A stretch of 64,000 bases of DNA from Lytechinus pictus (Eukaryota): contig NC_087251.1 in assembly GCF_037042905.1 (NCBI RefSeq), positions 44,022,001-44,086,000 of the forward strand, in the 5' to 3' direction. Within the stretch, counting starts at the first letter, position 1, and every line of letters starts with the position of its first letter. The notes below the pieces were generated by a model. The model made no database searches and was not told the origin of the DNA. It saw nothing but the letters and a program-made list of their open reading frames with translations. Positions 24,704 through 36,964 of the stretch are shown here, piece after piece. The translations under genes were made by a program, and so were the position numbers.

Positions 24704-25221
24704 TAGTTTCATCTTCTATTCTTTACCAGTGTTTGTGTGTTCCACTACGTTCACTGGCTGAACCTTGGACTCTCAAAAGAATTATAATTCAAAGTGTAAA
24801 CTGGAATAATGTTCACCTACTCTATACATGTATTCTAATATAATTCACACTGTTCAGTATTTGCAGAGCAGTGGTGAAAGGTGACATCTGTAAACATGAA
24901 GTTGAAAATGACCCCCCCCCCACCCACAAAGGCCAAAAGGCCCATCCTACCTTTGATCTGAGTAAACAGAGTAATATAAATGAAGTACTAAAACAGAAAA
25001 TTCCATAAAAAGCAGATAGACAGGCAAATAAGGTATTTTAATAGTTTTGCAAGTTTATTCACGTCAGTTTTTTTTTTTTTTTTTTTTTTTGGGGGGGGGG
25101 CTACACTCTTCTATTGGCTAGATTATTTAAAATTACCGCCCATGGAGAAAATGAAGTCATACATTCACTCTGCTCCATTTGTATAAAAATGGGCTTTGAC
25201 TCATTGGCAGAATATATTTAA

Positions 25222-25812
25222 AGGACAAGTCCACCCCAACAAAAAGTTGATTAGAATAAAAAGAGAAAAATCCAACAAGCATAACACTGAAAATTTCATC
25301 AAAATCGGATGTAAAATAAGAAAGTTATGACATTTTAAAGTTTCGCTTAATTTCACAAAACAGTTATATGCACATCCTGGCTGGTATGCAAATGAGGAGA
25401 CTATGATGTCATCCACTCACTATTTCTTTTGTATTTTATTATATGAAATATGAAATATTTTAGTTTTCTCCTCATTGTCAAGTGATACATCGATTAATTC
25501 CTCCTTGACCATGTGGAATTAGCATTGTTTAATACTATATGGTTCAGTCAAGTTGGTCCTTATTGTCAAATCTATAAAAAATGAAATTTTGTATAATTCA
25601 AACAATAAAAAACAAAAGAAATAGTGAGTGATGGACATCATCGACTGACTCACCCAATTGTGCATATCACTGTTTTGTGAAAAATAAGCAACACTTTAAA
25701 ATGTCATAACTTTCTTATTTTACATCCGATTTTGATGAAATTTTCAGCACTATGCTAGTTTGATTTTTCTCTATTTATTCAAGTCAGCAAATTCCTGGGG
25801 TGGACTTGACCT
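25222..25812. mobile_element. TTAA-TSD MITE, same family
   Basis: TTAA|AGGACAAGTCCACCCC...GGGGTGGACTTGACCT|TTAA. Confidence 0.9.
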
Positions 25813-25887
25813 TTAATAATTTTGTAACTGAATGGAAACAAGTTTATTGATTCTTTTTTAAAAGTACTTGAAAGATATTAAAAACTT

Positions 25888-26177
25888 GTGGAGCGTTGTG
25901 GCCCCGTGGATTAGTCCTTGGACTTTATAACAGAGGGTGGTGGGTTCAAATTTCAGCCATGGCGTAGTTTCCTTCCGCAAGAAATTGATCCACAATGTGC
26001 TGCACTCGACCCAGGTGAGGTAAATGGGTACCTGCAGGAAGAAATTCCTCAAAGAGCATTGAGCACCGGAATCGGTAGAGTAGCTCAGCTGGCGTAATAT
26101 TATAAGAGCGTCTTGACTCTTGAGCACCTTACAAGGTGGTTTAGTGCAATATAGAAATATCCTATTATCATTATTAT
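25888..26177 (+). mobile_element. tRNA-derived SINE
   Basis: Paralogue of 10561-10876 in + orientation; same head, core and ATT-rich tail. Confidence 0.85.
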
Positions 26178-26542
26178 AAAAAAGGTTCCAGAAGACTATG
26201 TCATGAATGACATTTATCATTCATTTATAAATTTTCATTTTCCATCTGACTATTTTGTTATTATTATAATCAGACTCACAAAAAGTTTCCAAGAACATAA
26301 TTTCCTTGTGCACAGTGTATTGCCTCTTGTTTTCGATGATTCTTGCTTTAACTTCTTTGTATTTCAATTGTGACTGCTAATACAACAAATGGTTTTATCA
26401 CTTAAAAAGAGTTAACTATTCATTTTAGGGGGAGGTCGGGCCTATTTTATTGTAAAAAAACACACAATTAAAATATGCGTGGTTGGTTTGCACAGATTTT
26501 AAGTTCCTATTAAGTTTGAAGGAATGATGAATAAAACTTGAA

Positions 26543-27151
26543 AGGACAAGTCCACCCCAACAAAAAGTTGATTTGAATAAAAAGAGAAAAATCCAAAAAG
26601 CATTTACACTGAAAATTTCATCAAAATCGGGTGTAAAATAAGAAAGTTATGGCATTTTAAAGTTTTGCTTAAATACACAAAAAAGTTATATGCACATGCT
26701 GGTCGGTATGCAAATGAGGAGACTGATTACGTCATCCACTCACTATTTCTTTGCATTTTATTGTGAGAAATATGAAATATTCTAATTTTCTCCTCATTGT
26801 CAAGTAAAAAAATGATTAATTCCTCCATGAACATGTGGAATTAGCATTGTTTAATACTATATGGTTCAGTCAAGTTGGTCCTTATTGTCAGATCAAATCT
26901 GTAAAAAAAAAATGAAATACTGTTTAATTCAATTAAAAAACAAAAGAAAAAGTGAATGAGGGACATCATTGACTGTCTCATTTGCATGTCACTGAGTTGT
27001 GCATATCACTGTTTAGTGAAATATAAGCGAAATTTTAAAATATAACTTTCTTTATATTTTACATCCGATTTTGATGAAATTTTCAGCATTATGCTTATTT
27101 GATTTTTCACTATTTATGCAAATCAACATTTTTCTGTGGTGAACTTGACCT
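26543..27151. mobile_element. TTAA-TSD MITE, same family
   Basis: AGGACAAGTCCACCCC start with degenerate left TSD; ends GAACTTGACCT|TTAA. Confidence 0.87.
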
Positions 27152-27440
27152 TTAAGCAGGAATGATATCAGTTATATGCATGATCATGGGAATAAATAAC
27201 CATTGGATTATTACCTGTAAACCACTTAAGATGTGAAATAATTTCAGACATTAAATCTAACTTTTCATTCTTCTATACCTACATGTATATGTATTTCCAG
27301 TCGAATAATGAACTCTAATCACATTTCCATTGCCATCTACCATCTGGAATCTAGAATATATAATCTTGAGAAATTAATCATATAAATGCTAAAAAGACCT
27401 AAATTTATTTTTAATTTTTATTCTCCCAAGTTCTGAGAAC

Positions 27441-27455
27441 ACACTAGATGGCGCT
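27441..27455 (+). promoter_or_regulatory. Candidate CTCF site ACACTAGATGGCGCT
   Basis: One mismatch to the CCASYAGRKGGCRSY core; in apparently unique sequence. Confidence 0.45.
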
Positions 27456-27884
27456 CTTCAGACTGAATATAACATTCATGTTTCCGCTTCCCGTATTGTG
27501 GAGGAAATCGTGAAGGAAATAGAGAGGTTAATAGAACAATTATGTTTTCACAGATTTGGTTTCCCCTTTTCTCTGGTACTCGACCTGTATTTCAAAGTCT
27601 GCAGACACAGACCCTGATTGAAACTTTGATCAACAAGTGGGTCTCCACGCAAAGACACATTATACGACTTTCAATCCAGGGCCTTCAGTACGCAAGGCAT
27701 TATAGGCTGCATAGTCGGACCTTTAACTCTCAAGTGAAGGATTTGCACAGCAGACAATGTATGTCCAGTAGAAATTGTCCTTACCTGGAAAAGTTGTGAA
27801 GTTTGTATGTTGATTTGTGTTCAATATGGGTATTGAAATAAACTCCATACTCATAGAGCTGAATTTACTTCAAAACCTATAAAG

Positions 27885-28100
27885 TAATAATCATAATAGC
27901 TGGATTTATAAAGCAATTTTCGCCTGAGGATACAAAGCGCTGCTAGTATTACCCGGCTTTAGCTTGAGCTACCACCACCGGTGCTCAGTGCATGCAAGGA
28001 ATTAATCTTGCTGAAGGAAACACGCTCAGGCTAGGATTCGAACCCACAACCCTCTGTTTAAAAGGCAAGAGTCAGAACCACTAGACCATGACGCGCCCAC
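27885..28100 (-). mobile_element. tRNA-derived SINE, internally deleted
   Basis: Minus-strand B box GGTTCGAATCC and the same tail as the other copies; central core missing. Confidence 0.75.
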
Positions 28101-28167
28101 AAGAGAAAACAGATTAACAAAACAATATAAAGCAACAAAAGAACCTTGTATTTCACAACTTTTCCAG

Positions 28168-28437
28168 GGCCCGTCTTACAAAGAGTTGTGATTGATCTGA
28201 TCAACCTCAACTATGGAAAGCCAGCAACGCCCACATCTAAAATGCATGTCAGTTCAAAATGTTTTCTAGATTATAATGTATATCCATAAATTCATTGTTT
28301 TCTTGGCTATTTGGTATGTTTGCCTTTGTTTACCAAGGACATTTTGCAAATTTCCTGTTGAAAAAATTATGACATTGACGGATTTCCATAGAATTAGGAT
28401 TTATTGGATCAATCGTAACTCTTTGTAAGACGGGGCC
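28168..28437. mobile_element. Harbinger-like MITE
   Basis: TIR GGCCCGTCTTACAAAGAGTT...AACTCTTTGTAAGACGGGGCC with CAG on both sides. Confidence 0.8.
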
Positions 28438-28519
28438 CAGGTCTCGTAAATGGCCTCTGTGGGCATCTCCTGGACTACATGTATGTGTAGAAAATTTACC
28501 AGCAGTCTTCACAGTCACT

Positions 28520-29080
28520 GGATCAGATGAACAAGTAGTAGCAATTGCTTTTGGTAGACTTTTGCTTGGCTTTGCTTGATTTGGTATGCATAAAAATACT
28601 AGTAAAATGCTAGTTAACTCAAGCAATTTCAAACTGCCTGCTTGCATTAGCTTGATGATTAAGACATTGTTAAAAAGCACTTGCTTGGTTTTTTTTCAAG
28701 CTCCGTTAGAGCAGCTTGAGTGTTTGCTTGATCAAGACGTTCATGCTTTATAATCAATATTAAGAGAGAACCCCGAGGTGGTCATGAGCCTACATATTCT
28801 CTTCCTAGTAAGTGCAAACTGAATGCCAGCTATATAATTTAATTCATTAGAAACAATATAGAAGAATAGTTTGACACCACGTCTTAGGAAAAAAAAGTTA
28901 CGTTAAAAAAGTGGTATATTTCGCACTGCCTTGTCAGGAAACCCTTTGCAATATGAGTCCCGCCTTTGTTCTTTCAATCATGTTTGCACCAGCCTGACGT
29001 CGCTATTGTACAAGGCACTAGTTAGTAATAGCTTGTTGACAAGAAAAAGTTTTATGCATACAAAATAAAGCAATTGCTAA
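28520..29080. mobile_element. Second, uninterrupted and diverged copy of the 3950-6395 host element
   Basis: Colinear similarity (GGATCAGATG..., TTTCAAGCTCCG..AGAGCAGCTTGAG, TTTGACACCACGTCT). Confidence 0.75.
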
Positions 29081-29381
29081 AAATCTGCATGTTTATATGC
29101 ACAATAGTGCTGTGCACATGGCCCTGGGAAGGGGGGGGGGGGGTGCTGAAGTACCCCCAGGAAATTTTCATGGGGTGCCGCATGTTTAGGTTGACAAGCA
29201 AAAAAAAAAAGTTATTGCTCCCAAATGAAGGAGATTTGGGAGCATCAACTTCGTGCTTGTCAATTTTTTTCTTACTAAAATCCCCTTCATCTTGGAGTGA
29301 TTTTTTTTCTTTATTTAATTTTTTGTTTGTTTGACATTTCCCCCAGCACCGCCTATTTCAAGATCATTCCCAGGACCCTTG

Positions 29382-31192
29382 CATACCTGCCAACCATTCC
29401 GATTTTGGCGGAATTATACCGATTTTTTAGCCTCCATTCCGAATTCCGAATTTTTAAACCAAAATTCCGATTTTTAGGTCAATCAATATAGTGTTGAAAT
29501 TATTGAAACGGCTGTATGATGCGACTAACGCATAAGCGGCTGTAACATACGACTAACGCATAAACAACTGGGGCGCACGGCTAAGTGCTAAGTGCACAGT
29601 TCCATTGCAATTGCATGTGAAAATTACGAGCAGCGGCCACAGCGGCGCGGCCGATATATTAGCGTTGACTTCCGGAACAAAATGGCGGCTGACATCGGCT
29701 CGCGAAAGTGCCAGTTTTCAGTGAGGACACGTTTTCAAAATCCACGAACATCGGAAAAACCGTGAAAAATTCACTTTTTTAGACCCCTTGTTTCCTAACT
29801 ACGATGTATAGAATTAAGGATGGTGATATTTTTGACGCGAAATATGGTGATTTAGTAAGATAATTTCACTTTTTATTCGAGGTTTTGCTCTTTTCGCCGG
29901 ATGATTTTGTATTGTGGAATGAGTTAGTGAATGAGTCGTGTACTGGTGTCTAGAGTGTGCTGGTAATATCATTGATGAGTCTGCTTACCGGCGCCTGCTT
30001 ACCCGGCCGATCGGCCGCGCCGTGCACATCGGGAGGCTCTGCCGCAGTTACTCAAGTTTATCCCTACGCAATGTTAAATTGATCTGTACTTTATTTTTTC
30101 GAATAATTGTCAAATTTGTGAGAAAGAAAGCGGCAATTATCAACTTTCGAGTCAAGTTGATCCATCGGAGCCGAACGCCAAATCTACTTGCTTCGCTTGC
30201 CTAAACTCCCGGCGCCCGAGTTGCAGCGCCTCAGCCTCACAGTCTCATCGGCGCACCGCAAGTGCAGTGGTGGGTGCGGGTCGGGCGTATTCCGCCGTAT
30301 TACTTCGGCTCCGTTTTTGTCATGGCTGAAAATATGCTTTCTTATGCCAACAAGCACTTATCTAATAAAGGTTATGATATAACCTTGTCCTCAGTCACTA
30401 CTCCTGTGTGGTGAAATATAAACATGAATAAGATGACAATGTTTGGCTTATTTTGATGCATATGATAGACTTGATATAATTATAAATGATAAATAAATGT
30501 TCTGGATCTGGATGTATACGATGCAGGGCCCTCCTGGGCATAAACGCATCGGGTGAGAGAGGGCGGGGTGAGGATTAGAAAGCTCTGTCAATGGCCTTCT
30601 TGAATGAGCTTGTCGATGTTGAGTTGATGACAGCGTCACTCAAGTGATTCCATCACTTGTTAGATTTTTTTGCACTCAGTTTTTAATACAGTAGGCTAGG
30701 CCAACTTGAATCTGAATTAATGATACAAAATATCCCTTGGCCCAAAACTCAATTGAATTCTTGAAATTAGTTTTTTTCTGATTAAAAAGAGAATCTTTCC
30801 AGAAACTTTCCAACAATAGAGGGCCTTACAAAAATATGCTCAAAATCAAATTATTCCTAAATCTATATAGATTTCAATGAAAACAAATCACACCTGAATG
30901 AAACTGGGTGTATTTTTTTGTCACAAACGTGATATCTTAAAGACCCTTGTTTTAATGTTTGATTGATAAATGATATTATATTACATATAAGTAGACTAAC
31001 GTTACATGTAGGTCATCCTGTGGTATGGTTAAGAGGGTAAATTTGCTTTAAAAAGGGTAGGGAAATGCTACTTTTACATGCAGAAAATGCAGAGTCCCTA
31101 CCATGGGAGGGGGAAACCATCTCGCGCGCGACCCGCTCGGCGCCCTCGTGACTTTGATACTGATTTTTTATTATCAAAGGTTGGCAGGTATG
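29382..31192. mobile_element. Non-autonomous hAT-like element with 6-bp TSD and GC-rich interior
   Basis: TIR CATACCTGCCAACC...GGTTGGCAGGTATG, direct repeat CCCTTG at 29376-29381 and 31193-31198, TTCCGA subterminal repeats. Confidence 0.85.
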
Positions 31193-31936
31193 CCCTTGCT
31201 GTGTGGTGCCGGCTGGCGCCCAGAGAAACCACAGAGTTCATATTAATTCAGAATCACGTTCGTTAGTTCCAAGATGTAATCTGATTACTGATGGGCACAT
31301 ACTTGTATTTCATTTATACTTCATTAATTTGTTTTTCGGGAAATAGCTCGTGTACACTGGGACTGTAGAGTCTGCACCCACCAACTATTGAAATGGACAA
31401 GTACGTTCTCTCAAACTAAATTTGTGAAATGTTCAAGTTCAAATATTTTTGCTTACTGTGCAACTGTCAAAGATAAAATATATTCACAGGTCAATGATTT
31501 CATTGCCTATACTTAATCTAACAAAATCTTGATTTATGAATATTCTACTCAATAAAATCATCACTTTTCGAAGGCTAGTGATTTATGAAGTACTTTTCTG
31601 TGGTTTTGTCAGATAAATTTGCTCTCAGCCAAATTAGATATGAGGATTTAACATCACAAATTCCTTCATGAAGCACTCCCCCCCCCCCCCCCCCCGGTCC
31701 TCATTTCTCATATAAGCATCAACACATAAACTTTGAATATCAATATTCATTAATGTTTTCAGTACAGAAGTAGGCAATTTATTAGGGCAAATTATATTTT
31801 ACTTTCATTGTGAAAACTGAGAATCATTTTAGTCTAATAGATTCTTTCCTTATAATATTTCTTACAAATGCCACAAAATGATAGAAGATTGGGCTCTTAC
31901 TGGTACATTGAACCTTGTTACATGCCAGTACATAAT

Positions 31937-32210
31937 ATGATGATGATAATAATAGCTGGATTTTTAAAGTGCTTTTTGACTGAGGATACAAAGTAGTGCT
32001 ATTAATACCCTGGCTAATAGCCATGCTGCGGGACTGCTCTGGCATTCAAGGAAGTTCTTCCTACCGGGCACCCATTCACCTCACCTGGGTCGAGTGCAGC
32101 ACAATGTTGGTGAATTTCTTGCTGAAGGAAAACTCGCCATGGCTGGGAATCGAACCCACGTCCCTCAAATTGAAAGACGAGAGTCATAACCACTAGACCA
32201 CGACGTCCCC
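31937..32210 (-). mobile_element. tRNA-derived SINE
   Basis: Same head, core and tail as 10561-10876. Confidence 0.85.
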
Positions 32211-33189
32211 CAAATATGATGATGAAAATAGCAAGTTGGCATATGTAACTCTGAGTATACAATAAAAAAAAATTAATAGGCCTATAGCTATTGGACTTTT
32301 TTTTATTTAAATGCTTTTGATAAGCCAGTGTACAGTGATATCCAATTCTTACTCCATGTGAAAGTCTTGTCAGTACACTTGTTTATTTTATTAGGAAGGG
32401 CTGAAAAGATTGTAATTTCATTGTGGGATATGGATTGTGCAGATAAAATATGACATCCATAGCCTACTTTCAACTTCATTCAGGCAATATCATCCTTAGA
32501 AAGACAAACTTCCAATAATTAATTAAGTGCTACATGTATAGAAAATATAATTGGATTGAAAAAAAGTAGTTTGAAACAAAAAATCAATTGATACTCTTGT
32601 CGGAAAACAATTTCAAGACATTGATTAAGATAAGACTGTGGATTCTCTGAATACAATCTCTGTATTCCATAAAAGGAAGTTGGTACTTCATATGCATAGA
32701 TTCAAGGAAATGCTTTTAATAGTTGTTGAAACAGGACTTTGCTTTCTGTGCGTGCGCTAATAATGCATGACATCATGCATACAGTTTAGTGTCTGATAAT
32801 GATTCTGTGATCTATGTAATTGATATAACCTATCACTTTAGTAACAGATGGTGTGTGACAAGGATGTGCATGTACTCTACAGAAGTTCTGAATCCATTTT
32901 CTTTTAGCGGATTGGATATCTAATAGGAATACTTTCATGAGTTGTTCTCCTTTAATTCAACTAACTTGCATTTTTGATTAATTATGCCGATGGAATATCA
33001 TGTGAAAAAATAGTTTATGGCGATTAACTGAAGCATTTTCACGCACATGACATCATTAACCACAGTTTAGAGAGTAGCGCTTCATGTCCATGTGCATATA
33101 GTATTGCTTCAGGGATGACTCTGTTTGGTCAGAATGTCATAAATTGTTGTGTGCTACATTAAAAAGCTGAACTGACACCACTATTGTAG

Positions 33190-33324
33190 ATTGTGACAGT
33201 GTTGACATATTTGCCAAGATGAATAGTTACTATCATCATCCACCGATTAAGACGGAACCTGTATCGCCAGATGCAGATCTCTTTGCGGTGTATCTCAAGG
33301 ATCTTATGATAGGGGATCATTGTG
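33190..33324 (+). CDS. Rel: Optional Rel exon: alternative first exon from ATG 33219 (MNSYYHHPPIKTEPVSPDADLFAVYLKDLMIGDHC) or symmetric 135-nt cassette exon from 33190
   Basis: Open frame with coding-like composition and a GTGAGT donor at 33325 in phase 1. The upstream TAG ending at 33189 keeps the frame with the 7003 exon, but its pyrimidine tract is weak. Confidence 0.65.
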
Positions 33325-33714
33325 GTGAGTAGTCCGTGGGTATCACTGGGTCAGGGTAAGGATTTGGAAACGGGTTCACGTTTAAAATCGTGATTGTATT
33401 CTCACACATTGTTTATGTAAACACAACTACTAGTCCCAGTCTCAAACTCTTCTCGCATACTACCCCTCCAGTCTACCTCAACTGAAGACATCGACTACAA
33501 ACAGTACCCCTCTGAATATCTTTTGGTACACATGACACCCGAACTTGAGGGGGTCCGAAACCCAGCCACAGCAATTGCGCCGCCAAGCAAGGCATTTTAT
33601 CCCTGAGATGCCATGTTCAAAGACTGGCTATGTTTTAGACTTTCTGTGACTCGGCGAGAGATCGCAGGGATTGTATATAGGCCTAATGTTATTGGAGAGA
33701 GGCCTTACATATAT

Positions 33715-34135
33715 TGGTGGTACGGGGACGTGCCGCTTTAATGACCCCCTATTTCAGTTCTGTAGATACTCCGAATGACAAAAAATCATTCAAAAGCCGC
33801 CCCGCCCCGCTCTCAAGACCCCCGTTACGAAACATCTCGGTTCCCTAGCCCGGCCAAAACTGTCCAGCGCAAGCACCGCATGCGAGAGCTGCACGCACGG
33901 CTTCACAACTCCCTCCGCTAGCAGCTCCATGCACTGCTAGCGTCCACATAAACATGCACAGCGCTAGCTTGTACCATAACTACTGTACTGCGATCCCGTT
34001 CCGTAGACCCTGTTTTTCACACCGCCCAGTATATATTTAGTTCCCAAGACCCCGTATTTTACCCTTGTGGTCAGTTCCTTAGACCCCCATTTCAGGGTTT
34101 CGTGAGGCACACCCCCTTCAAAATATAATTTAGAT
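33715..34135. repeat. GC-rich interspersed repeat with GACCCC motifs, resembling the 62031-62557 element type
   Basis: GGGGACGTGCCGC start, repeated (A)GACCCC motifs, GGCACACCCC near the end. Confidence 0.45.
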
Positions 34136-34381
34136 GATATATACATGTGCATTTCTGCTTGCAGTACATGCGATTCTCACTGATATTTAATCATTCTGAA
34201 ATGCCCACAATCTTTGTGCATACACAAATCTTCCTTTGAATTATAATCAGCTTATCTCTCATGATGTATATGGTACTGATCTTTATGTCAACTCTTTATG
34301 TCTACTACTTATTCAGTTTTCATTGACAAAGAAAACATATAGGCCTATATAGGCCTACATATACGCAGTCTAAGACTATAT

Positions 34382-34975
34382 TCAGCTCCAAGTTCTGTCT
34401 AGCTCTAGGTTGGCCGGATCATGTCCTGGTGGGTCAGCGCCAAACTTGTACTTCACAGGTTCACATCTCCAATACTTATCCAGTCCATTCTCGGAGCTGT
34501 GGACACTGGGTGCATTTACTAATTCATTACTTAGGCTATTCCAAGGTTTCCTCATTCTTCTGTAAAAAGAATTCTTACGTTTCTCAGTTACTGACCTCGG
34601 AATGTACAATTTTTTATCATGACCTCTGGTAGGCCCATGCACCTGACCCAAATCTGGCACTACCTCCTGGTCATACCTGTGACATAACTTGTATGTTTCG
34701 ATCATATCTCCTCGCGCACGGCGATATGCTAATGTAGGAAGTTTTAGTTGAATCAATCTTTGTTCATATGGAAGGTTCTTTACTTCAGGTACCAACTTAG
34801 TGGCCCTTCTTTGTACATTTTCTAGTGCTTGAATATGTTTCTTTTAGTATGGACTCCATACTGCATGAGCATACTCCAAATAAGGTCGAATCAATGCTTT
34901 GTAGAGGAGTAAGAATTTCTCCTTGTGAAGATCAAAAAACGTTCTCCTAATTAGATCCATTAGCCTATTGGCTAT
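34382..34975 (-). mobile_element. 5'-truncated CR1/L2-group LINE 3' end (RT C-terminal region), decayed
   Basis: Minus-strand [39 protein letters not shown]...L..RRARGDMIETYK...TRGH..KL, typical of CR1-group ORF2 C-termini; in-frame stop. Confidence 0.9.
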
Positions 34976-35239
34976 TGGCTGAAAACAGATATGTATCAAT
35001 TTGAAACACAGGATAGTAAATGCAATGTAATTGGTCTTATGATATTGTCATAAATATAGAGTTTACATTCAGCCTGATGCCAAAGTGAAACCTACAGATT
35101 ATATATGTAATACAGTCGTTAGACACACAGATGGTACACTGTAGGCCTACACGGATAGAAGCATGGTCCATGCATATAGTATTACATACCAGCAATGATC
35201 TTGCGTATCATGCAGAGTTTGTGTGTAGGTGGAAGAAAA

Positions 35240-35250
35240 GGGGATTCCCC
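35240..35250. promoter_or_regulatory. Palindromic 11-bp kB site GGGGATTCCCC
   Basis: Identical to the classical MHC class I-type kB element; lies in unique intronic sequence. Confidence 0.5.
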
Positions 35251-35882
35251 TTTGCCTGCATTACTCATGCCTAGCCTTCCTTTTCAGACCCTGGAGGTGA
35301 TTGCACTGAAATGCATACAATGTATATATTTCTTTGTAAACACTCTTTAAGTTGGTGTGTTGTTATACCTGTCATTTTAAGAGAAAATATACTTGAGCTG
35401 TTTGATTTCTAGGGACTTTATTTACATGTTTAGTATATTTCAATGTGTGTATGGTAAAGAGAAATAATGTCTGAAATACTATTCTAATCCCCAGCCTGCC
35501 TGATTGATCTTAAGTTATGCTGTATATGACCTCATTGACTGCCAAAGCAAGCCCCCCCCCCCCCCACACACACATGCAAGCTCACAAACGCTTTTGACAA
35601 ATCACCCATTGGACAGTATTAGGCAGTCTGGACAGTATTTGTTGCCATTTTTTAGGGGGGGGGGGGAGGCTGATCATGATGATAAATGAATTAAAAATAC
35701 AGATTATTTTAAGAACATATATGTCTATTTGGGCCTACCCAACCACATCATGTATAAACGAGTGCATGAAGATGTCCCTTCATTTTACTATAGACAGGTG
35801 AGGTCTATAATTTCTTTATGGGTGCTTTAATACATATAGTTGCCCTGCTTAAATCGGGAGTAAATATTTTTCATTTTCATGA

Positions 35883-36020
35883 AATAATGATAATGCTGCT
35901 GCTGCTGCTGCTGATGATATGATGATGATGATGATGATAGTAATGGTGGTGATGATGGTGATGATGATGGTGGATGTGGTGGTGATGATGACGAGGATGA
36001 TGATGATGATGATGATAATA
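35883..36020. repeat. (GCT)n/(GAT/GGT)n trinucleotide microsatellite
   Basis: Direct reading. Confidence 0.9.
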
Positions 36021-36524
36021 GTGATTACATCATTATTACAGTGAGGGAATTCATCATTACAGTGGGGGAAATTATTTGAAATGAAATTTTAAAAAAAGCA
36101 GATTTTATTAATCAATTTTTTTTTCAAAAACTGTTTTTTTCTTCTTTTTTTTTCATCCATTAGATATGACAGGATGCAGGTGTTACATGGGTCTAGAAAG
36201 GGGAATATTATGAGCTTGTTTAACTGCTCAAAGGATATTGCAACATGATTTAATAGTCCTTCTGTATTAGTCAAAGTGAAACTAAATGTTTTTGGTAGTT
36301 GGTACCTGGTAGTACACAGGCATACATGCATATCAAATATGGATTCATTGTATTACATGTAGGTCTATATGTATGTGGTGGACACTGGTGGTACATGGAT
36401 TGTAAACAATGTGTGTGTTTTTTTGTGTGCATGCGTCATTATTCAGGTACTAGATGTAACCCGTAGGTTGAAGTTACACACTTTTGTAAATCAGGACAGT
36501 TATTATACATTACTTCGTCAATTA

Positions 36525-36826
36525 AGCGCCGTGGTGTAGTGGTTCTGACTCAGCTCGCCTTGTAATCAGAGGGTCGTGTGATCAAATCCCACCCTGGCCT
36601 AGCACCCTTTGGCAAGGAGTCAATCCACTCTCACCCAGGTGCTAATTGGGTACCGGTGCGAAACAAACTTCGATGTGGTTGGTTTAGCATGTGTTGGCCT
36701 AACAGGCCGCTATTTGCAACAACAAAAAAATGAATCCAGTGACTGGGTAATAATTATTTTGAAGAGCTTTAAGCAGTCATAGATTGATATTGCACTTTAT
36801 AAGATTATTAACAAAGTATTATTATT
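36525..36826 (+). mobile_element. tRNA-derived SINE, diverged
   Basis: GGTGTAGTGGTTCTGACTC head, CCCTTTGGCAAGG and CACCCAGGTGCTAATTGGGTACC core, ATT tail. Confidence 0.7.
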
Positions 36827-36932
36827 AATAAAATTATTCTTGTACTTTACTACATATGCCACTTTCTTTTTACTATACATGTAGATACTTTTGAAATACG
36901 TTGTTAGGAATCCTAAGCCACAGGGCTCTCAC

Positions 36933-36964
<32 letters not shown>

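Noticed and set aside
27431..27526. Exon-like 96-nt segment (SENTLDGALQTEYNIHVSASRIVEEIVKEIE)
   Set aside because: Open only in phase 2; in the phase-1 frame required by the flanking Rel exons it hits TAG within five codons, and the donor (GTTAAT) is weak. A poison exon cannot be excluded.
29938..30639. Short ORFs inside the 6-bp-TSD element as a possible transposase
   Set aside because: No BED finger, DDE or hAT dimerisation motifs; the frames are short and not colinear.
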